Source: Azolla caroliniana (lineage: Eukaryota > Plantae > Polypodiophyta). Taken from it: DNA of 64,000 bases. The stretch spans positions 19,840,001 to 19,904,000 of the forward strand of contig JBHGNT010000012.1 of the NCBI GenBank assembly GCA_043228905.1, in the 5' to 3' direction. The translations under genes and the position numbers were made by a program. Positions 1-9,286 of the stretch are shown one piece after another. The notes under the pieces were generated by a model. It ran no database searches. It saw nothing but the letters and a program-made list of their open reading frames with translations, and had not been told where the DNA came from. Position 1 is the stretch's first letter. The number at the start of each line of letters is the position of its first letter.

Positions 1-6
1 TAGTTG

Positions 7-342
7 CTACCTCAAGTCCCCAAAATTGTCACATTTAACATATTTTGCGAAATGTAATGTTTGTTGTCTAATAGCCAATCGAACATCCACTACCACCCAT
101 GTTTGTTTATCATATCCACAAAAAGGAAAAGAAAATCCTACAAGAGATTGCATAGTCTTGAAAAGAACATGAGCACGTATTGATGCATCACCATTATCAA
201 CCATGTCTCCCAAAAATTTCAAAAACTCAAACCCATATGTGGCATTCCATCGAGTGACTGCAAAATCACAAATATTTTCTACGTGAGAGTTTATCGGAAT
301 TGTGCAAATGAAGTTCACATTTAACCCTCTCAAGCTAGACAA
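7..342 (-). pseudogene. Unknown coding fragment, probably a continuation of the minus-strand cargo gene
   Basis: 111-aa ORF with protein-like composition, on the same strand as the adjacent fragments. No motif recognised. Confidence 0.3.
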
Positions 343-575
343 TCGTTTTATAGATATGTGAAGTGGCTACGATATATTACTCAATCAAATGTTGTTTACT
401 TGATACCGTTGTTGTTTTACTCTGAGTGGCCATAGCAAGATTATGAACTGATTCAGTCTCTTCTCCATTAGGAGTAGATTGTTCAGAAACATTACTAATT
501 TGACATATTTGAACATCATTTTGAGACAGAGTGATAGTAAAAGTACCTGAGTAAGTAAATTTTCCATTGAGGGAA

Positions 576-1230
576 CTAATATTCAAATTGTCTTGTTAGG
601 TTTGTTTCTAATGCCTCCTCGCAAGGAGGAAGAACCGTGTCGATTCTTGCTGCGATTGATGGGAGTACAACCATGTATTCCTTAGGGATTCTCGGGAAAA
701 CCACGGAAATCAGGGTCAAACAATGCCCCGAATTCAACATTTCAATGGGATCAAAGCCTGGTTTCCACGGCACAAAACAAGCAATTGCATTCCGAATATT
801 GATCATATTTGCATTCAACATTATCGCAATGGATTCTGAGATAGCATCCGGTTGTAATGCCAGAAATTTTGTTGGGTACAATGAGAAAGCATTTGTGAAG
901 GTTGTAGTAATGCCGGAAATGTTCTATATCCACAATCAACGTATAGTCGGCAGTATATTTGGGCCAGGTATGCCAAAAATTAGAAAATCTTTTGAATCTT
1001 GCAATATCCTATTGCTCACATCTTTCTCGTGTCCACTAGCCCTTGAAGTGTTGTCGCCACTTTGGGAAGAATCTTTCTATACACTTCCAAACATCTAAAC
1101 GTGGTTTTTCACTCCAAATAAACAAATCAAAGTATTGCACAACCCACTCTAGAAATTGATTCTCGTCCCTCGTTGGTGTCATATATCGCACACTCATCAA
1201 GACTTTATCAAGCTCCAAGATCAAGGTTCT
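576..1230 (-). pseudogene. Degenerate FCP1/NIF (HAD-fold CTD-phosphatase-like) domain, probable cargo of the outer DNA transposon
   Basis: Reading through two stops gives MRTLILELDKVLM...FLEWVVQYFDLFIWS...WTRERC...FKRFSNFWHTWPKYTADYTLIVDI...YN. This follows the plant NIF/FCP1 motif order (LVLDLD, FL..F.V.IWS, W...C, K.L..W, NTLLIDD, NP). The catalytic DxD and DD are replaced by ELD and DI. Confidence 0.55.
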
Positions 1231-1989
1231 TCATTCGTCTTCTAATGGTTTAGGTTTCCATTCCTACAACTGAGCCTCTGTTACACCAAGTATTGGTAGT
1301 ACATGATCAATTTCAATCAACTCAGGTTCTGTTCACACAATTGGTGTCCTTTTCCTCTTCAAACCCCTGGTCGACTGTGTCTTTGGGTCTCACTTCACCT
1401 TGTTTTGCTCTTGTGTAGTGATTGGGCCTGGCTTCACACTGTTTTGCTCTTGTATAGTCAACCGTGTCATCAGTCCTGGCATTACCTTTGTGCATGTGAA
1501 TACTTCTATAGTCGATATCAACCCACTGATATCACATGTTGCATCTACCTGCAAAATCAAATCATCTGTGCAACATTCTTTATCTACTTGTGTGATAAGT
1601 TCATTTGTGTTAGTTGTTACATCTACTTACAACACACAACAACGTCATCAGTTTCCACACTACCATTGGCCATAGGAGCAATAGATTCAAACCCTTTAGA
1701 CTCTGCAACATAAAAAAACACCAACATATTCATACTCACAAAGTAGCTAATAGTCTCACAAAACAACATAATGAACATGAAATATTCTGCAACAAAATAA
1801 TAATATTATATTAATATCCATCATAGAGTTCCATTACATAATGTGGATCAAGCAACAACCAATCTGAGGTGTTACTTGTCCAAATAGACCATAGACCATC
1901 TTCATAAGTTTCTAGGAAAATAGTAACAGTGATATTATCCCACTAATCAGAAATTGGTAGTAATTAGTTCCAATTCAAGAGCCCCTTGA

Positions 1990-2486
1990 TCAAGTAACTA
2001 GTCTTGTCCACGATCGTGGCCCCTTCTTAAGCCTTTTTCTAGCCGATTTCCCATTTAGCCTTGTTTCTTTCACCCATTGCGCAAGTGTGTCCTCCTTTGG
2101 CAACCTTTCCATCGCCTCAGCAGCGGCTTGCACATCAGCCGTGTCTTGCGATAGCTTTTCAAGTACAGTGGGATCTGGTGGTACATCATCAACAATTGGG
2201 CTCAGTGGGGTTGAATCAAGGTTTTGGGTTTCAAAGAAATGTTGCATCAAGCATTCAAAAACACTGTTGTTATGAACCTCAGATTTACATGTTGTTTCCA
2301 ATATTTCATGGCTTTTCACAACGTTGCCTAATTCATTACAATGTTCCAAAAGAATAGGGTGGAGTTGATCTGAAGCAGATGTGATAGAAGGACTCTTACT
2401 TTCCGCCACGTTGCCAACTATCTCCTCATTTGTTGCAGCGTCATCGGCACCGAACACCTCATGCAACCTCCTTAATCCATGAGATT
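1990..2486 (-). pseudogene. Exon of the minus-strand cargo gene (acidic/low complexity with a basic NLS-like end)
   Basis: 158-aa ORF preceded on the minus strand by an acceptor-like TGTTGTAG near 2487-2494. The intron side (aactaattagcgg at about 2499) matches the AGCT array resuming after 25584. Confidence 0.45.
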
Positions 2487-2905
2487 CTACAACATGTCAA
2501 CTAATTAGCGGCTTCTCTTGTGTTTTTCTATGACCTTAAACACGTTCGCGTTCACAAGTGGAAGGATCACGCATAAATGGAAGGATAAGGAATATTTTGG
2601 TTGATTTTAGGCCTTTTTCAATGATTTTACAAAACACATTGATACCAGTATCATACATGTTCAAATATACTATGAAAAAGGTTTAAAATCCACTATTTTC
2701 GTGATTTAGAAGTGAATAAAAAAAGAGGAATTTCAAAAAGTTACATTCTCAAATTATATCACAAACTTTACAACCAATGTTATTTTAAAGAAACTCTTTT
2801 TTAGAAATCATAAGAATTCAAAACACATGCTTTTATATCTCTCGATTTGTTACAAGCGGAATGTAGTTACACTTAATAGCCAAAAATACATTCATGATCA
2901 CTCCT

Positions 2906-5700
2906 TTATGGAGAATCACTACTATAACTAATATACAATGATGATTCCTCCTCATCAGCCTCGGATGTACCAATCAGTGCATTATCTTCGTCATAAACCA
3001 AATGGTTTGACTCTAGATTATATGTAGCAGATCTCGTTTGCCTTCGACTCGAGCCAGCTTGTAGACCTGGTAATTTTTCTTTTATTATATCTATTGTTGA
3101 CTTCCTTAATCGTCCGGCTTTTGTAAGCGTGAAGTCGTACACGATGATATCCACATCAGAGATATCAAGGGTCAAGGTGTTACGAATGTTTCGCTTCCTC
3201 TTCCTACCTCCCCTTGTTGTTGGGCATTCAATCATCTCCAATGTATACTTACTTGTAAAAGCATTTGCACTTCTAGTGTTGTACCAATGAATGTTTATAG
3301 ACTTGATCGTGTTTTCTATTTCATGCATTAGCACTTCTAGAAATGTACCAACCCAAAATTGGTGGCCATGTGAATTCTCATCAGCCGGCGTTGCAATCAA
3401 CATCCTCGCCGTGAGCTCTTGCAAATTGCCTTGCCATCTAGCTTCGGCTGCTTTGGTCATCCTTGGTCATCCTTGGTCCCACATAAATGTCTCTTTGTTG
3501 TGGATGGAGCAAACTGTCATTAATCGCATTTGCTGGTTGCTCCGGAGTTTTTTTTACACCATCATGTTGCAGTGACCATGTGAATGGCATTTCCAAATTC
3601 CAATTATCACCAAATACACAATTGTCTATAATTCCTTTTTTATCACTAAAAAATACATCCCCCCATGACGTGTCTTGTTGTGCGGCATATTTCTTGGCGG
3701 CCTCAATATGCTTTCTTTTTTCTTCTAAGGCTTGGAGCCATAACCGTTTTTGTTCCGATACCAAGTCACTATGCAACTGTCCTTTCTTCTCAATCGGCAT
3801 TTGTTTAGCTCCATGGACAATTGTACTCAACATACAAAGTAATAACTGGCAACCACCTTCAGGTTCCCATGTTGTAGAAGATGAATATTGTTTAGCATAC
3901 AAAAGTGTAGAACCACTTATTTCATTTTTCGTTATCATAAAAATGTGATTGAAGCTTATATTGTTTAACTAGGCGAGCACTTTAACATTCTCAACACCCC
4001 CATCTGATATATATCTCTTAAAGTCATACCTCATTCAAGTGTAACACTTTTGGGCGTGGTGAATATGCATCACAAATGACATCAAATAGTTTAGGTAATG
4101 TGGGAGCATCATGCCGAGACAATTATCTGGAGAATGTGCTAAACATATGATCTATATGATCATGTGTGTGGCCAACCAAAAGAAAATTGACTTTCACTTT
4201 TCTAAACAATCCTTGGTTGACCAACATACTTAGATAGCCAAACATAGTTGAATTTTTGTTCTCTCTAGTAGTATTGTCCAATTGAATGTATAGAACAGGG
4301 GGGAAGGGTTGGCCCCAAGACATCAAAACTCGGTGAATCACTGTAATTGTTAGGTTAGGGTCATTATGAACATTGGAGTATGTAATGAACACGTGAGGTC
4401 CAACTGACCTATTATAAGCCAAGGATCCCACCAAGTGCATTTGAACAAGGCACTCATCATTGACGTCTTTGGGGAGCCTCCGCATATGCGGCAAGCATGT
4501 CTTCTTCTGGTCCATACCATCTATCATTAAGCACATGTATTGTTCGGGCCTCTTCAAACACTTCTCTCTATGATGCATCGCCTTCTTTCGTTCTAACGAT
4601 TATGCCTCACAATGCTCCTATAGTAACTTCTTACTCATATCCTTTTCCATTGATGTCTTTGTACCTTTAGCCAAACTTTTAAGATTTGCACAAATGGAGC
4701 AATACCCCATGCGTACTTTACGTGGAATGATAACATTTGAAAACCGAGCTCTCCATAATCTTGTGAATTGGTTATATGTGATAGACTTATTATGTGAGCC
4801 CACCATATCAGATCGATAGACATCATAAACTTCCCAACGTGTGTAATTATTAGAGAGGTGCATCCTACCTGTAGTGGGCATTACTTCACAATTTAACTGA
4901 AAGTAACTTTTCATCCAACCAATAACATGTCTTCCAATTGCACCTTTCATACTTGGAACCTCTTTACAATTGAGCATTTGATCCCCGCTAAGTAGACGTT
5001 GTTGTACTCTATGTAGCCGCATGTTACTAACACATAACGCAATTTTGAATGCAACTCTACATATCTGTTGCACATGGAAGATATAATACTCGAATGATAC
5101 TTTGATCCCCGTACATTTGTCAGACACTAGTTGCATATGTGACCCGAGGTAAGTGTCTTGCTCATCACCAGTCATCGAAAAATAGTATCGCCTTAATTCT
5201 CGCAACTTTGATTTTCCAATCATAGACATACAACCACGGGCACAACATATTTTTTTGACATCAAATCCAAAATGTTTATCTAATGTCACCAAGTTAAATC
5301 TAGCCAGACGAATTCTTCGTGGGATTCTTCTAATATGCATAGGGCTTCCAGGTTTCTCTTCCTGAATAGAAGTTGGTGTAACCTTGTTACTATCCAATTC
5401 TTTGTTGTGACCATCGCCCATGATATTTGATGTTTCATTGGCACTACCTTCATTCTCCGTATCTTTATTAATATCGTATTCTTCAATAGAGAACTCTTCA
5501 CATGTGTCATTATTCACATTCGTTGTAGGTGAAGATGAGCTCAGACAATATTCTTCGATAGAATATGGTGAGTTTGTCGACAGACAATATTCTTCAATAG
5601 AAAATGGTGAGTCTGTCGACAAACAATACTCTTTGGTAGAAAACGAAGAGTTTGATGACAAACAATATTCTTCAATCGAGAACGGTGAGTCTTCACTCAT
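2906..5700 (-). pseudogene. Sola-like (DUF7869-type motif set) DDD transposase, broken by stops/frameshifts
   Basis: The ORF series 4618-5700, 4123-4578, 3438-3938 and 2906-3460 contains Cys motifs (CCARGC, CRVAF, CSIC) and IDGMDQ, LYIQLDNTTRENKN and FLLVGHTHDHID. It ends in a beta-rich FWVG..IHWY module. Confidence 0.75.
5530..5697 (-). repeat. Coding tandem repeat, 39-bp unit (SPFSIEEYCLSxx), about 4 copies plus one dispersed copy
   Basis: Repeated peptide at the transposase N-terminus. Confidence 0.8.
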
Positions 5701-5929
5701 GGCTTAAGGTCCACACAGAGCTCTTTAAGTTATGTGCTTAGGCTAACATAAAAAACTGATAAGCTCCTCTCTAAAGATAAACTCCTCTCTAAACAGAAGC
5801 TCCCTCAATATAATGTCTATATTATTTAATATTATATTAATCCAATACATAAAGATATTATTTTTAATATAATAATTGTATTCAACATATTAATAATTAC
5901 TGTATAAAGTTAAATCAAGTATAATATAA

Positions 5930-6385
5930 TTACAATCATTACCAAGCCATATATATGTTGGTTTAAAGTTAAAATCATTGGTTAATTAATGGCACCCATA
6001 TTTAATATAGAACTTCTCAATCATTGGTTCAGTCATGCCCACCATTTTAAATATAAGACATTTCAATCATTGGTTCATTCATGGCCACATCTTTAATACA
6101 AAGCAATTAAGAGTCATAAAAATGTTGCTTTGAGTAATCAATCATTGGTTCATTCATGAACCTCTATCATTGTTTCCTTCATGACCTTCAAAGTCATTGT
6201 ATGTTAGTTTGACTATAAAATAATCATCAATATGTTAGTTTGACTATTTAATCATTGATGCATTCATAAGTAACTCTGGTTAAAGTGATTATGGTTACTA
6301 ACTAACTAACCTCAAGCTTGCCAACCCTGGTTAAAGTGATTGTGGTTACTTTAACCACTGTGGTCAATCCCTATAAATAGGAAGA
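5930..6385. promoter_or_regulatory. Divergent promoter region with repeated aatcattggtt (CCAAT on the minus strand) and a TATA box
   Basis: About 6 copies of aatcatt(g)gtt(cattcatg), two copies of ggttaaagtgatt(a/g)tggttact, and ctataaatagg at about 6370-6382, roughly 140 bp upstream of ATG 6514. Confidence 0.5.
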
Positions 6386-7344
6386 CTTCCTCATATTTCA
6401 ATCACACGAAGCACACGCTCAAAACAAAGCACAAGAGCACATAGAGCAAACAAAGCACACAAAGCACAAAGCACCAAAGTGAGGTCTTCGCCTAAACTTC
6501 AACAAGATCAACCATGTCTTCAAAGAAAATCGAGCGCCAGAACTTTAGGTAAGCCTCTAACACTATGAACATTTTTGTAAATATGTTTTAGCACTCAGGA
6601 ACTCGATACGTTGTCGTAGTATATTTTGTACACTACGTGAAAAACGTATATAGTATTAGATTCAATAAAAAATGAAGAAATAGAAGAAAATAGCAAAATA
6701 AATGGAACATGCATAGGGCAAGATTCAAACCTTGCACCTCCATGTTAATAATGTAATGTCTTACCATTACACTAGCATTTCATTAGTGTTAAAGCATAGA
6801 TGTCCCACATAGAAAGGTAAATTCACGCTAGGATAAACATTAGAAAAACGCATAACAAAAGAAAAAGCTACACATACACATCTAGCGTGCATGATAAAAA
6901 ACGCACAAGTTAGAAAAAAGCATGATCACTTTAGATAAAGCATATAGTCTATCTATAGGAAACGCATGGGGTCTATAGTTAGAGAAAAAGCATGGATTAC
7001 TAAGACTTCCTCATCACTACATAAGGATGGGGAGCACAATGTAATTGTGTGTGAAAAATATTTGGGAAATTGGATATATTTCCTAAAACACCAATTAATA
7101 AACTATACTCGTGGGATTCACGAGAATTCTATATCATTCTCTTTCAACCGAAGTTTATATTCTTATATTCATATTGATTAATCAAATACAATACACTCGT
7201 GGGATTCACGAGTTTGCTATAACTCTTTCTTACAACATATTTATATTCTTATTAGCCTTAAAACTCTCCTCTTCCTAGTCCAAAACCCCAGCGGTTCCCA
7301 CCCGACTCACGCAAACGATCCGGAGCCGAAAGGCACGACACAGT

Positions 7345-7362
7345 TGGTGAACCCGACGTGAA
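7345..7362 (+). promoter_or_regulatory. Primer-binding site complementary to plant tRNA-Trp
   Basis: tggtgaacccgacgtgaa is the reverse complement of the tRNA-Trp 3' end ttcacgtcgggttcacca (recalled sequence). Confidence 0.8.
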
Positions 7363-9286
7363 GACGGGTGGCAAGGAGATGGAGAATCAACAAGAGGCAA
7401 TGAGCATAACGATGATGATGATGTTCGAGCGGATGCTACAAGAACAACGAGTGATGTCGGAGATCACGGCGGCAGTAGAGCGGCTTGTGCGACGAAATGG
7501 GGAATTCAACGGAAATGATGTGTCACGCTATCTACGTGACTACAAGGCGGAGATGATACGATGTGGGATACCGGAAGGATTGCAAGTGACATCCTTCAAT
7601 CGGGTGGCCACGGATGAGCTACAAGAGAGAATCCACAAGATACGGCAACAAAACTCGACATGGGGATCATTCGAAGAAGCTTTACGAGAGGCATATGATT
7701 ACAAGAGATCGAAGGGAAAAGATCGGCGAGAATTCGACGAATGGGTGGCATCGGAGAAGACCCACCGAAGTGCAACACAAGCATTCCTAGAGTTCGAGCA
7801 TCGTTTTGCTCGACTCTCGGAGCGGGAACGAAGATTGGTGGGAGAAGATAAAGTCTTAATGTTCGTAAGATCGATCGATCGGAAAGAAAGGATGGACATT
7901 GGGATCGAACTCGAAGATGATGACGGTGCGAACGGCCTTACCGAGGATTGGGCCAAAGTCGAAAGGGTATGCCGAAGACATGATGAAAGGAAGCTGAGAA
8001 TCTCGTCAACAACTACATGGCCCATGAAGGATGGTCGATTGAGGAAAAACGATGAAGCCAATATGAAGGCCGAAATACAACATGATGGTACCACGGGAGA
8101 AAGAGTGGAACAAGACACCCACTCGTCTTGTGAAAGAACGATGGCGAAGGATAAGGCCGATAATTCAAGTGTAGAAGGAAATTTCGGGATACAAGTGCCC
8201 GAGACATCGGGTCAAAAAGGGGTAAGCATAATAGATGTTTGCATAATTGATGCAGATAAAGAGTGTGAAGCGGATGTGATTAAGGAGGTAGCCACAAAAG
8301 ACGAAATCGAATCGGAGGTGGCTATGGACGAATCAATGGCGGATTGCCATATCGAGACTTCCCCACCACTGATTCCAGAGACTCCGGCGGTTGCGATCGA
8401 AAGGCAACGTGAGACCGAAGAGACGGAAGGTGGCGGAGAGAAAACGAATGTCGAAGCCGACGAATACGATGAAGAGATAGCCGAGAAGAATGCTAAGGGT
8501 GAAACTACGAAAGAAGGTAATACCGAGGATTCATGCCAACAAAATCTAGAGACTTCGGCGGTTGTGTTCGAGAACCAACGTGAGACCGGAGAGACGGGAG
8601 ATGGCGGCGAGGAAGGTAAAGTCGGAAGTCGGTTCGGATGGAAAATGATCCATCCGAAATTCCAATCTAAAAGAAAGTGCGACAATGCAGAGGTCGGGTC
8701 TACGACAGGAGAAGCGCGTAATACAGAGCACGCTCTACGGCGAATAAAGAAGCACGCGCTACGGCGAGAAAAGAAGCATGCATTACAACCACACGAGGAC
8801 CGAACAACGAGCACATATCGGAGGACCTACGTGGCGAACAACGGAAAGAAGTGCCGAAAGTCGAACCGGACAAGGCAGGTGAAAACGAAGAAAAGAAAGC
8901 AAATCCGGACGAAAAGAAAAGAAAAGAAACCGACCCGAAAGAGCACTGAATCGGTAAAAACCGATCAACCGAGTCCGGATCGACCGAATACAAATCGGAA
9001 AGGAAGCCGAACTAAACGAAAGACGATCCGACGAGACCGAATCGAAAGTAAGCTAATCCGACTAAACCGAAAATCCGAAAAGAAGTCGAGATTGATGAAG
9101 AAAAGAAAGAGGGCAAGAAAAGATACTACCGCGGATGATAAGGACCAAGCGGGCCATGCAAAAAGCGAACATAGAATATGGTGGATCGGATGGCGACAAT
9201 GGTTCGGGTGGAAAGAATGGGTCTACTCAAAATGGAGAGACAAAGTTGACATAGCGGGACAAACGGAGGATGACGGAGGAGACTAA
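7358..9286 (+). CDS. Gag-like protein with acidic and Lys/Arg-rich C-terminal regions
   Basis: Intact 642-aa ORF filling the interior of the element. Capsid-like FNGNDVSRYLRDY...TWGSFEEAL. First ATG at 7379. Confidence 0.7.
   Translation: MKTGGKEMENQQEAMSITMMMMFERMLQEQRVMSEITAAVERLVRRNGEFNGNDVSRYLRDYKAEMIRCGIPEGLQVTSFNRVATDELQERIHKIRQQNSTWGSFEEALREAYDYKRSKGKDRREFDEWVASEKTHRSATQAFLEFEHRFARLSERERRLVGEDKVLMFVRSIDRKERMDIGIELEDDDGANGLTEDWAKVERVCRRHDERKLRISSTTTWPMKDGRLRKNDEANMKAEIQHDGTTGERVEQDTHSSCERTMAKDKADNSSVEGNFGIQVPETSGQKGVSIIDVCIIDADKECEADVIKEVATKDEIESEVAMDESMADCHIETSPPLIPETPAVAIERQRETEETEGGGEKTNVEADEYDEEIAEKNAKGETTKEGNTEDSCQQNLETSAVVFENQRETGETGDGGEEGKVGSRFGWKMIHPKFQSKRKCDNAEVGSTTGEARNTEHALRRIKKHALRREKKHALQPHEDRTTSTYRRTYVANNGKKCRKSNRTRQVKTKKRKQIRTKRKEKKPTRKSTESVKTDQPSPDRPNTNRKGSRTKRKTIRRDRIESKLIRLNRKSEKKSRLMKKRKRARKDTTADDKDQAGHAKSEHRIWWIGWRQWFGWKEWVYSKWRDKVDIAGQTEDDGGD

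Noticed and set aside
6966-7181. Duplicated 71-aa ORF (also 9697-9912)
   Set aside because: It lies inside the two LTRs, so the duplication reflects LTR identity. No coding motif.
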